NCBI RefSeq assembly: GCF_006345805.1
Contig: NC_042999.1
Location: forward strand, 144,708,001 to 144,772,000
Direction: 5' to 3'
DNA: 64,000 nucleotides
Source of the DNA: Octopus sinensis
Lineage: Eukaryota
The notes below the pieces were generated by a model. That model worked only from the letters and a program-made list of their open reading frames with translations, was not told the origin of the DNA and made no database searches. Shown piece by piece: positions 10,870 through 22,883 of the stretch (within the stretch, counting starts at the first letter, position 1; each line of letters opens with the position of its first letter). Both the position numbers and the translations under genes were made by a program.

Positions 10870-12560
10870 AAGGACTGAAAGTGTAGTGATAGTAGGGAAC
10901 TGTATCAGATAGCCAGAAGGGAGGCTAGGAGTCAGATATATTTAGCTAGTGGAGAAGCAAAAAAGAAGTTTGCCAATGTTCTCTAACATGAGGACCAGAG
11001 ACTTGAAGTGTTTCCGATTGCAAAACAGTGAGTGAAAGGAAATCGTGATGTCATAGGAGAGAAACATGTCTGCATGGATCATGGTTCATTTGCATTCAAT
11101 GATTCTGCAAAGAAAGAGGCTTGGAAATACTATTATGAAAGGCTACTAAATGTTGAGAATGTATGGGAGAAGGAGAGTCTACCCAGTGTAGACCTAACTG
11201 AAGGACCAGCTATCTGAATTGACAATAGCTTGGTAGATAAAGCAATTAAGGATATGAAAACAGTCCCCAGTCCATCAGGAATCCCCACTGAGATGCTTAA
11301 AATATCTGCCATGACTGCTGCTAAATTCCTGATTAGGCAACTGCAGAAGCATTTAACCAAAAATAAACTTCTATACTTTGTTTTTGTTGACAGAGAAAAC
11401 CTTTGATAGGGTACCCCACTCACTTATCTGGAGTCAATGTGGAAGCTAGGGATAGATGAGTAGTTAGTGAGAGCTGTACAAGCCATGTACAGGGATGCTG
11501 TCAGTAAGGTGAAGGTTGGCAATGAGTATAGCAATGAATTTAGTGTACAGGTAGGAGTTCACAAAGGTTCAGTTCTCAGCCCTCTCATATTTATCTTAGT
11601 CCTCCAGGCCTTAACAGAGAAATTCAAGGCTGGCTGTCCCTGGGAGCTTGTCTACACTGATGACCTTGTTCTTATAGCTGAATCACTGCCTAACCTAGAG
11701 AAGAAATTTCAAGTGTGGAAGAAAGGCCTAGAATTTAAGGGCCTTAGGGTCAATTTAGCAAAAACCAAGTCCTAGTAAGTAGGATAAAAGATAAATTGTA
11801 AGTCCCTTCAGGGAGATGGTCTTGCTCAATATGTTAGAAGGGTGTTGGTAGAAACTCCATACATTGTACCCAGTGCAAGCTTTGGACACATAAATGGTGT
11901 AGAAATATCACAGGAAGGTTAACAGAGAAAATAGCCTTGGTGTGTTTGCAAATGTGGGGTACAATAAGCACTAAAAATGTGCAGACAATAGATTCCCTCA
12001 AATACTCAGGGGGATCATTAGAAGTAGTAGATAGCTTCTATTACCTAGGTGACCAAGTTAGCAGTGGATGAGGAAGTTCTGAAAGAGTAGTTTCTAGAAT
12101 AAGAATGGGCTGGGCAAGTTAAGAAAGCTTCTACCTTTGTTGGTAACTAAAAGCCTCTCCTTCAGAGTGAAAGGCAGAGATTGTATGATGCCTATGTACT
12201 TACAGCTATGTTGCATGGCAATGAAATATGGGCTTTGGCTACAGAGGACTTTGCAAAGGCTTGAGAGAGATGAAGCTAACAATGGTAATGTCAGTGTGCA
12301 CAAATGACAAAGTGTAAATAATTCAAGAGGAAAACTGGGTATGAGAGGCATCAGATGTTGTGTGCAAGAGAGAAGACTGGTAGTTTGGTCATATGATGTG
12401 TATGGAAGAGGACAACTTTACAAAGAAGAGCAGAGCTCTAATTCTGGGGAGAATCTATGGAAGGGGTAGAGCCAGGAAGATGTGGGATGAAGTAGGGAGA
12501 AAGGATCTTTGGATGTTGGGCCTCACCAAGGAAATAACAAGGAGTTGTGACAATTTTCTG
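10870..12560 (+). mobile_element. RTE LINE fragment (RT and 3' part)
   Basis: ORF 11467-11775 has GVHKGSVLSPLIF and WELVYTDDLVL, and the same family as the 30-33 kb copy continues to about 12560. Confidence 0.88.
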
Positions 12561-12644
12561 TACTTAAGATGCATTAAGCTAAGTAAAATATCACTGCAAT
12601 ACATACATACAGGATTGTCCTTTGCAGGTGCTGGTGCCACATGA

Positions 12645-12735
12645 AATGCATTTGTGCTGCTGCTGTGCAAATGCACTTGTGCTGCTGCTGTGCAAAAGCA
12701 CTTGTGCTGCTGCTGTGCAAATTCGCTTGTGCTGG
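12645..12735. repeat. About 3.5 tandem 25-bp units
   Basis: aatgcacttgtgctgctgctgtgca repeated with period 25. Confidence 0.85.
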
Positions 12736-13419
12736 TGGCACATAAAATGCACCCAGCACACTCTATAAAGTGGTTGGTGTTAGGAAGAACATCTGGCCAT
12801 AGAAAACATGTCACAACAGACAATCGGAGCCTGGACAACTCAGCAGCTGGTCAGCTCTATGTCAAACCATCCAACCCATGTTAGCATGGAAAATGGACAT
12901 TAAACAAGGATGATGATGATATATATCATCATCATCATCATCATTTATTGTCTGTTGTCCATGCTGGTATGGACGGTTTGACCAAGGCTGGTAAGCTGAG
13001 GAGCTGCATTAGACTCCAGTCTGATTTGGCATGGTTTCTATAGCTGGATACCCTCCCTAACACCAACCACTTTGAGAGTGTAATGGGTGCTTTTACATGC
13101 CACTGGCATGGGTGCCAGTTGTGTGACACGAGAATCTGCCATGACTAATGATTTCACTTGGCTTGATGGGTCTTCTACTCAAGCGCAGCATATTGACAAA
13201 GGTCTCAGTCATTTGTCATTGCTTCCATGAGATCCAATGCTTGAAAGGTGCTTCTTAAATGCCACTGGCATGGGTGCTAGTTACACAAAACAAGTATCAG
13301 CCATACTGCCTCCAGGAAGCCCTACACTTGAATGGTACTTTTTATGTTCCACTGACACAAGTGCCAATTATGTGACTCCAGCATTGGCCATGACTACAAT
13401 TTCACTTGGCTTGATGGGT

Positions 13420-14280
13420 CTTCTCAAGCACACCATATTACAAAAGGTTTCAGTCACTTGTCATTGCCTGTGTGACGCTCAGTGTTCAAAAATCACGCTC
13501 CACCACCTCATCTCATGTCTTCCTAGGTTTACCTCTACCACAGGTTCCCTGCACAGTTAGAGATTGGCACTTCTTTACACAACTGTCCTCATCCATATGC
13601 ATCATATGGCCATACCAGCACAGTCATCTCTCTTGTGCACAACATATGATGCCTTTTATGCCCAACTTTTCTCTCTCTTGTACATGCACACCAACATTGC
13701 ACAACCAATGAAGCATACTAGCTTCATTTCTTCCAAGTCTTTGCATGTCCTTAGCAGCCACAGCCCATGTTTCACTGCTATGTAGCATAGCAGTTTGCAC
13801 ACAGGCATCATGCAGTCTGCCTTTCACTCTGAAGGAGAGGTTCTTTGTTGCCCAGCCTATTCTTATTCTCACAGCTATGCTCTTGGAGCATCCACTCCTG
13901 CTACTGACTTGGTTACCTAAATAACGGAAGCTATCTACTAATTCTAGCTTACCCACCTGGTAGTCAATAGATATATTTTCTGTATATTTTTAGTATTTAT
14001 TGTACCTGTGCACCTTCCACACAAAAAAACAATCTTCCCAGTTAATCTTCCTCTGATATTGCTACACTTCTTATGTGTCCATAGCTTGCACTGGGTACAT
14101 CTTATGGAGTTCCTACCAACACCTTTCCTACATATTGAGCAGGGCCATCTGCCTGAAGGGATTTGTGATTTGTATGCTCTCCTACTTACTAAAAATTTAG
14201 TTTTTGCTAGATTAACTCTCAGGCCCTTTGATTCTAGACCTTGCCTCCATGCCTGAAATTTCTTCTCTAGTTCTGGTAGA
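13420..14280 (-). mobile_element. RTE LINE 3' fragment
   Basis: ORF 13624-13956 reads LELVDSFRYLGNQVSS..RVKGRLHDACVQTAMLHSSETW. Confidence 0.85.
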
Positions 14281-14408
14281 AGTTTGTAAAGATGAATGAA
14301 GTGGTGCTAAGCATTTTGTCTGGTGTCTGGTGTGCTAATGATTCTGCCAGTTCACTGTCTTATACACATGCATGCACACACGCACGCGCATTCGCGCGCA
14401 CACACACA

Positions 14409-14488
<80 letters not shown>

Positions 14489-14499
14489 AGAGTTATATC

Positions 14500-14938
14500 T
14501 GAGAGCAACTAAGGGCCTCTTGTGCAGGATGAAAGGTAGATTGTATGATGTATGTGTGCAAACTGCCGTGCTACACGGCAGTGAAACATGGGCCATGACT
14601 GCTGACAACATGCATAGACTTGAAAGAAATGAAGCTAGTATGATCTATTGGATGTGTAATGTTAGAGTATGAGCACCCTGAAAGAAAAATTGGACATAAG
14701 TATCAAATGTGGTGTGCAAGAGAGACAACTGCGCTGGTATGGTCATGTGTTATGTATGGATAAGGACAGCTGTATGAGGAAGTGCCACACCCTAACTGTG
14801 GAAGAGGTAGACCCCAGGAAGACATTGGATGAGGTGGTGAAGCATGAGTTTCGAACATTGGGCCTCACAGAGGCAATGACAGGAGACCGAGACCTTTGGA
14901 GATATGCTGTGATTGAGAAGACCTGGCAACTAAAGTGA
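14500..14938 (+). mobile_element. RTE LINE 3' fragment
   Basis: KGRLYDVCVQTAVLHGSETW and RQLRWYGHVLCM..DPRKTLDEVV. Confidence 0.85.
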
Positions 14939-16042
14939 GATCGTAGCCATGGTCGATGCCAATGTTGCATGTCCAGCCCATTTAAAAGTGTCCTTGGTGC
15001 GACAGGCAATATGATATGCTTGAGAAGACCTGTTAAGTCAAGTAAAAACCACAATTGTAATTGTGACCAGTGACCCCTGACTGGCTCCCATGCCGGTGGC
15101 ACATAGAATGCTCCATCCAAACATGATCGATGCCAGTGCCCCCTCACTGGCTTCTGTGCTGGTGGCACATAAAAAGCACCATCCAAATGTAGTCGATGCC
15201 AGTGCTCCCTGACTGGCTCCCATGCCGGTGACACGTAAAAAGCACTATCCATGTGTGATCGATGCCAGGGTTGCCTGTCTGGCACCTCTGTTGGTGGCAT
15301 GTAAAAAGCACCCACTACAATCTCAGTGTGGTTGGTGTAAGGAAGGGTATCCAGCTGTAGAAACATTGCCAGATCAGATTAGAGCCTGGTGCAGCTGTTG
15401 GTTTCCCAGACCTCAGTCAAACCATCCAACCCATGTCAGCATGGAAAACAGACGTTAAATGATAATGATGATGATGATTATATATATATCATTAATTAGA
15501 ATTTACAGGGTCACTCAAGGACTGAGAGTTTCATGCATTGGCACTCATCTTTCTCTCATGCCAATACACGAAACTTTCAACTCTTGAGTAACTCTGTAAC
15601 TTTTGTCAACTTTCCAGTTGACAACTGATAAAACGATAAGACTTGGGCATGTTCCTTCGTACTGTTTTCATTTTTCCAGTAGATTTCTTTGCTTTCCTTT
15701 TGCTCTCCCGCCCTATATATCATTATGTACATATATGTGTATGCATGTGTGAAGATTCATACAAATACTGGCGCCACAAATACAAAGAAAACTCAGTGCG
15801 TTCCATCCCACCATGGAAACCATGCCAAAGCAGATATTGGCGTTCAACACAGTCCTTTAGGTCGTTGGGTTCAGCTAAACCATCCAACGCGGTTCAGCAT
15901 GGGAGACGGACATTAAATGATTATGATGATGGTAATGATATGCCTATATCTAAAATATATGTAGAATGTATAATATGTATGTGTGTGAATGTGTTTGTTT
16001 GTGAATTCGTGTGTGTGCAGTTTATCAGTCAATGAGTCTCAC

Positions 16043-16135
16043 AGTTATTAACCCGGATCTTTCTAGTTTCACAGGCACTTGCATTTCTCCAAAAGGTTGT
16101 AAAACGGATTTATTTTTACACAGCGAATTTTTTTC
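16043..16135 (-). CDS. Gene X, putative coding exon 2
   Basis: Pyrimidine tract then tacag|, donor |GTGAGA, 93 nt open, phase 0 to 0. Reads EKNSLCKNKSVLQPFGEMQVPVKLERSGLIT. Confidence 0.6.
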
Positions 16136-16406
16136 CTGTAGTACCGGTTACTTTAAAGCGAAAAGATAAAAACCAAGCATAATAGAATTTATTTCATTGT
16201 TTCAACGATTAAAAATGATTAATTATTATATCATTGATAGTTTTGATTTTATTTTTATCGTTATCTTCTTTTTAATCTTTGTCATATGTAATAAAATAAC
16301 TTTTCCCAAGTTCTCGTGATATTCAGTTTTGTAATTTTGTGTCAGATTTCAGCCGGTGTATTACAAAACAATATAAGGAGTTGCTCCACGCGCTGTGAGT
16401 GCTAGT

Positions 16407-16475
16407 ATGTTGGCTCGCCTCATAATAGACCGCGCGCTCTTACCAGTGGCTTACTGTCAACTACTTATCATTTAA
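16407..16475 (+). promoter_or_regulatory. Upstream ORF (22 aa) in the transporter 5' leader
   Basis: ATG TTG GCT...ATT TAA reads MLARLIIDRALLPVAYCQLLII*, ending 23 nt before the main ATG. Its presence in the transcript is inferred. Confidence 0.5.
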
Positions 16476-16498
16476 TAGCTTCAGTCGTTCGACTACAG

Positions 16499-16586
16499 AT
16501 GGAATCCCTCTGTTCTGCGGAGCTTTTCCCTACAAAATGTAGTTTTGTTATTTTTTTAGCTTATATGGGGCTTTTCATTAATCAAG
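16499..16586 (+). CDS. senju: Nucleotide-sugar transporter (SLC35A family, senju-like), coding exon 1 of 5
   Basis: ATG at 16499 reads MESLCSAELFPTKCSFVIFLAYMGLFINQ-G and ends at donor AAG|GTAATG (phase 1). It matches the recalled senju N-terminus (ELFPTKLTFVIFLLYMSLFIGQG). Confidence 0.92.
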
Positions 16587-17236
16587 GTAATGTCTAATTT
16601 TATTTTTCCACTTATCTAATTTGTTATTTTTTCTCACCTCTCTATCTGTGACATTTGAATAAAAAACAAACAAACCAACTATTAAGTCACACCACGCTAG
16701 CATAAAATAATGTCTAATTTTTTTTCGTTTGTACTATTGTATCCTTAGTACTCTTGTGAAATCGCTTATATAATTTCGCTCGCACACACTCACAAATCTC
16801 TCTCTATTTATACATACATGTACATATATATATATATATATATAGGAACCTCGATCCTCTTACTTTTATTTACTTTGAGAGATTATTTCGGATTTGGCTG
16901 GTTGTTACTTAATCCACACTGGTTTTCTATTTATTCCAATTAACAAATAGAAGCCAAGCTTAATTTTATTTTCACAATGATAGCTAAAAATATGAATAAA
17001 GGAAACTCCCAGAACCTTGACTAATCTTATTAATTTGGTGTAATATAAACGACTAAGCAATCGCGCGGCGTTTCTTCTCCATTCACTCCAGAATTTATAT
17101 CTAATAAAACTGATGACAATATTTAATGATAAGTAAAAATATCAAAGGTGTTATTTTTACATTAGATACTTGCTGTAGTAATAAGCCGAGTGACGAACTA
17201 CCTTAATTACCACTGATCTCAGTTTCCATAACTCAC

Positions 17237-17281
17237 CACGATTCCTCGCAGACGATATTCTACTGTTGCTCTGACAACCAT
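17237..17281 (-). CDS. Gene X (unidentified), putative coding exon 1
   Basis: ACAATGG start context with an upstream in-frame TAA. Reads MVVRATVEYRLRGIV and ends at a consensus donor |GTGAGT (phase 0), in a CpG-enriched patch. Confidence 0.62.
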
Positions 17282-19618
17282 TGTCAAATTGGAAGTTTTT
17301 CTACCGCTTTGGTATTAAGCTTCTTTGGGAATACTTTGAAATTTCATTTAAAAAATAGATCCAAGAAAAATATTAAAAAACAATGATATCGAATGTTACC
17401 TAAATTGGGTCTTCCTGTCCACCCCACAAAAAAAGAATAAAAAAGAAACCAAAAACTGAGACCTAACCCTAACTACCTATCCTATTGATATCGAATATGC
17501 TACACCTAGGTCTGATTTACTGGCATTCCTTTTAAATAGAACTCGTTGCGTATTGTTTTTTTAATAATTTTATTATTAAATACTTTTAGGGAAGAGTGCC
17601 AAGTGTTTTTGTTTCGTTTCTAACTCTTACTTGATCAACCCTTTTATTTGGCCCTGCCCTACCTTTTTACAGAGGTGTGAACAATAGTGGATCAGTAATA
17701 CAAAGCATCATCCATCTCCTGAGTCCTCGATATTCTTTTAATACTGACCACATAAAAACATTATTTTTTCTGCAGTAACTTATACAAAACTTCCTGATAC
17801 ATTCCATTAACCAAATATGGTAGGTGTCGAGAATATTACATTATAAAATCAGTCGACAAAGAAAAGTAAACTATTTATCTTGATAATGATTCTAAACGGG
17901 AAATTATTTTTGTTATTTCTTTCCATAGAACAATTCACTCTTAGGTAGTTTTTTTATACATTTATGTGAATATTACTTGTTGAACTCATTGGTTTCACTT
18001 TACTCTTTCTTCATTCGCAGTTTTATTTCCTGAAAACAGTTGGTACTATTGAATTATATTATTCAACACAAACATATTCCTGTAAGGCATCCAAGATGCG
18101 AATGGAATTATAACAGAAGAATGTGTTAGAACTTGTTTATAGTAAACGAATTAGAAGAAACTCAGATAAAAAAATTTTTTAAAAACACGTGTGTGCATAT
18201 ACCTCACTCTGTATCGAGAGATAAGAGCGTCTTAAAGACTTCTTGTCTACTTCCTTTAATAGTGTTGTCGAGGGCTTTCTTTATATTTCTTCAGGGAATT
18301 TTTTTATTTATTTCATATTTATCTTTGTCCAACATAAAGCTTCTGTCGAACATTTTTACAAGTGTTAATAAATTGATGAAGTCGAGGCTATTTTAACTAC
18401 ATTCTTGACTAGCGAATTCTTATTTACAAATGGTAAATCTAAAAGTAGCAACACTGGATGTTTTATAAATAATCTGATTGGTATAAAGTTTCCTTAAACA
18501 TAAGTAGTGTGATGTCTCTTAGCTATCCTGTTCCGCACATCGCCAAATGAATCCCCCACTAATTTATCAGTGCAAGCAGTTACTAAAGTCTATATTCCTG
18601 TTTAAACTGCTTATTTTCATACGTTGGTTGCTATGTTTCATGTGTATGTTGTGTTCAGTTTTGTGACTTTTGTTAATCTTAAGAAACTGGTAATAGGGAT
18701 ACTGTTCACTTTCATTTTTTGTAGATTGACATTTGTTTAGTAACACGCACATATCAAGGTTGGCTTGTGAATGGAAACTGGTACTTCTGGTAGGCCGAAA
18801 GGTGATATGTAGTCTTTGTTGACAAAAGCAGGGTCCGACGTTTATTTATAAGAAGCTGCAAGGAGATAGCACGCACTTGTGATTGTTGTCAATCTACCAC
18901 AGCCAAGTTAGCTTTATTAGGGTGGGGCAATATATAGCTAAAGCTGTCCAGAATTAAAATACTTTCCAGTCCTGAAAAGAAAGCATAGGTCTTAGGATGT
19001 TGGTTTGGCAATATCGTTGTAAGGTCACCACGAGAACTCTTTCGAAATTGGTATATGTAGCATTTATTGCAAGTCTAAGTTTTAGCTATGTCCCTGCCTA
19101 GGAAAAAATGTGTCATTGCGATTGTATCGTTGTACTGGCAAAAGTACACGTCTAGTGACGGCGTATGCAGAAAGTGTAGGAGGTATGAAGGTTGGTACTT
19201 TTTGTTTAGAAGTATGTGTGATTTAAAGTTAATACTTTCTTTGTAGGAGAGAATTAAAGTTGGTGGAATAAATATTGTAAGTTTGGGAAAGAGTCCAAGA
19301 AGTTCACTTGCTGTGAGAAGTGAAGAATCTAATATTTCAGGCCTTGCCCTTTAGTTTATGAATTTTCTCTTCATGGCAGTTGAATACTTCAGCGAACTCT
19401 CCTGCTGCCTGTTATGACTGATGCTGACCATCACCAGTTTCTTTGGATTCTGAATTTTTCTCTGGTTAATTCCAATTTATTACTAATATATATTTCATTA
19501 ATACTGGCATAGAAGTGAAATTGAACATGACAGGATTAAATACTGTGTTTTTTTGGTGTACGAACTCGCTGCTTTTTAAGTTATTAATAAGCATAAGGCT
19601 TAGTCAATTGGTTTAAAC

Positions 19619-19770
19619 CAAGGGTCCCCAAACTTCATGAGATCCTTGACCCCTCATCGATCCCCTGACATGTACAAGAAAATAAATAAATGATAATAAT
19701 TAAGTAGATGTGCAGTTTCAGACATTTATTGATCCTCAGCGGTTGATATCGACCACTTTGGAGATCCCTG
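19619..19770. mobile_element. hAT-type MITE (152 bp)
   Basis: Perfect 8-bp TSD GTTTAAAC (19611-19618 and 19771-19778), with TIRs CAAGGGTCCCCAAA and CAGGGATCTCCAAA. Confidence 0.85.
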
Positions 19771-20885
19771 GTTTAAACAGTGTGTATTACTAGAATTTAT
19801 GTTTTTAATCTCCTGACGAATTAAAGGCAGCTAATCTACTGATTACTACTGTCCATCCTGTGGATCAGTGAGTTCTCACATTGATACAAAGTTAATAAAT
19901 TGTAAGGAAAGGTTTATATTTCTTTGATTTAATCTCAGAATATGCCTGATCTGATCTTGACTGAATTTAAATTTCAGTGTTACCCTTTAGCATTCAAACT
20001 TGCCCAAATAATGCATCTGTTTTATGTTCAAACCAGGCAGATCTGGCTTCTTACCCCATCCTTCAATATCATTCTAAAAATAACAGTTACATCATTAAAA
20101 TCTCAAAGACACAAGATAATGCATGGTTCATTCAAAACAATGTGAATAAATAAGCATTACTTTTGACAGAATATGAATGCTTAGAGTTCAAAAGAATTTA
20201 TCATTAAATACTTGAAAGAATCTGATTTGATATTCTACCATTTTAATCAACTTTGGTTCATTAATAATTTAATAATTTTCCTTCATTAAAGAAAGCAAGA
20301 ATTACAGAAAAAAAACTATCAGCACTAAGTAAAATCAATCAAAAGGAAGAAAGAAATCTTTTCATTCTTCATCCTGTTGTTTAATCCCAGATCTGTTGTG
20401 ATCAGATACATAATCAAAGTTTCTTGTGATGTGCTGGATAACATTATTTGATGTATAATAAAAAAAGAAAAAAAAGAGTGACTGATAGATGAACACTTGA
20501 GGTATGAGTGATAAAGGTACAGACAATAGAAGAGAATAGGTGTGTTAGAGAATTTGATCTATCAAAGATGTACACTTATATACTATACAGGCAAACAAGT
20601 ACATACATATACCCTAAAGAGATATGCCTATATATGCATGGCACCCACTACACTCTTGAGGTGGTTGGCATTAGGAAGGGCATCCAGCTATAGACACCAA
20701 GCCAATTAAGACTGGAGCCTGATACAGCTCTCTGGCTCACTAGTTCCAGTCAACTCATCTAATCCATTCCAGCATGGAAAATGGATGCTAATTAATGATG
20801 GTGATGAATTTTAACATCTGTGCTAAACTTTCTGTTTCCCTACTGGAAAAGTAAAAGAAAAACTGCAAACTAAGTGATCAACAAA

Positions 20886-21398
20886 TCTCTGTCTATAAAA
20901 CTGTAGTTGTGTGAGTGTCTGTCTCCTACGATTTAGATTCCTAACTCCTGCCACATTTTGCGGTGCAGTTTAACCAAATTCGGGTATCTTATAGTCGTGA
21001 TTAATATCGAACCCGTCTGGCTATTAGTGCGCGTCTACGATGAGTCTACGATTTAAAAAATAATTTAACATCATTTTTTATTCCATTTTAATGCATAATT
21101 TTTTGTGTGTCAATGGCGGCGGAGTTGGCGTCCATGGTCACACCTGCACCTGTTTGCTTCTCCCCCTTCTTCCCTCCCTCGTGAAGCTGTGGGGAAGGGA
21201 GTTTAAGGAAATCAACGTCGTAAAGCATTGTCAAGGAGACCAGCGTTCTTTTAGAACAACGACTTCATGGCTTGAAGACACCAAAACAGAAATAGCTAAG
21301 AAAGCCCGAATTGGCATCTATAAAGGAAGTAACTCTCTAAAAATGCTTATATAGTTATTTCCCTTACAAACCCGAGCAACGCCGGGCGATACTGCTAG
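20886..21398 (+). mobile_element. Non-autonomous Helitron-like element
   Basis: A|TC 5' end, 3' hairpin CCCG-AGCAACGC-CGGG then CTAG|T, and no TSD. Confidence 0.8.
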
Positions 21399-22278
21399 TT
21401 CTATATAACTTGCTAAGCCATTAACAAAATATTTTGGTAAAGTATATGAAAGTACTGAGACTTTGTTTTTATGTTTATCTTTATTTCAAAAGTTTGAAGT
21501 CAAAATTAGGGTGTGTCTTTGAGGTTTGACTGCCTTAATGAAGTAATACTGTAGACATGTTATTACTTTGCAATGAATACGCTATTAACCCCCCCCCCCC
21601 AAAAAAAAAAAACTTAGCTTTACTTCCTCAAAGTTATTTCCAACAATGGTTTGAGCAGAAATGAAGTACTTTTCACCATATTCTTTTGTCGTAATTCTTG
21701 TAACACTGCTTTTGTGTTTAAAGAAATTTTGAAAATAATTTTTATGATATAGTTTTGATTCAATCATGGGCATTATCTCTGCTTTGTATCTTACAAACAG
21801 AAGCAAGTTGCTGTAGAGAAGTTTTTTTAAAATTAATGCAACTAAAAGTTTTCTAATGTTTTATTTACTGTGGATTATTAACTTGGTTAGCAATAACAGA
21901 AAATAATGCCTCCTGTTGTTAATTTATATAGCTATTTGTATAGTGAAAGTATTGCAAACATATTTTATAATGAAATGTATAAATAAGTTATTGATATACC
22001 ATCTGTTACTAAAAACGTCTGTAAAAAAAGGAAACTAATTTTAAGATTATTGATGTAGGCTGAAGGTATTATTTTTTAGAAAAGATATTCTAATTTTCAT
22101 TATCTTAGTTGACTTGGCTGGTTAGGAGAGAAATCTATGTATTAAATATTTCAACTTCCCTGCACAATTGAAACTACTCTTTGATGAAACTTACTATAGT
22201 GTAATTACTTCAGTTAATTTATAACCCAAACATTAAAGCTAGTGAAGTAGTTTCTAAATAGTTGATTGGTTCATTTAA

Positions 22279-22883
22279 CCCTTTGTGGGCAGGTGGGGTC
22301 CCTTGAGACTCCAGAAAATTTTAAAAGTTATGCAACTTTTACATTTTTTATTTAAAGGATTTTATATCTCATGACTTTTATTGTCAATAGTTTATGCATG
22401 TACGTACAAATTTTGAGTTAAAAATTTCCAGTCATTTGGATGTTATAGCATAAAATATGGCCATTGGGGTTCAGTTGGACCCCAATAGCCTTCTGTGAAA
22501 TTATTTTTTTTCTATTCTTTTTTCTAATATTCTGATGAACTATAAGTCAATTTTCTTCGTATTTGCACTGGTATGAATCAATATACTTAATAATTTTGTT
22601 TTATTTTATATTTAGTGCTATATGTATAGTTTATAAAACTATAAAAAGTGTTAATTTCTTTCAATAAAGGTTTTTCTTCAGTTAAATTCCTCTCCATTAA
22701 ATGATAATAATTACATATATATGCCTATAAAGTGCTAAATTTCTTGTTTTGTATCCTGCACTGACACATATATACATGATTAAACAAATATTTCTTTATG
22801 GATAGTGCAAAAATAAAAGGGGGGGGGGGCTCGGGACCCCAATGGCTTTTTGTGTAATTCCAACTCTACCAGCCCATGAAGGG
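22279..22883. mobile_element. piggyBac-type MITE
   Basis: TTAA-CCCTTTGTGGGCAGG left end and an inverted right end (ccagcccatgaagggg-taa), with subterminal GGGGTC..GACCCCA palindromes. Confidence 0.7.

Larger units (their letters stand above)
16340..17330. promoter_or_regulatory. Probable overlapping bidirectional promoter region
   Basis: CpG-enriched patches (cacgcgctg, ccgcgcgct at about 16385-16520; cgcgcggcg at about 17060; 17185-17290) in otherwise CpG-poor DNA, coinciding with both first exons. Confidence 0.5.

Noticed and set aside
15577-15723. 48-aa minus-strand ORF with an 8-bp hairpin (15603-15624) as an extra gene X exon
   Set aside because: All frames stop before a usable donor, and the open phase does not match exon 2.
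17462-17475. Telomere-like CCTAACCCTAA (also near 63981)
   Set aside because: There are only about two units, which is expected by chance.
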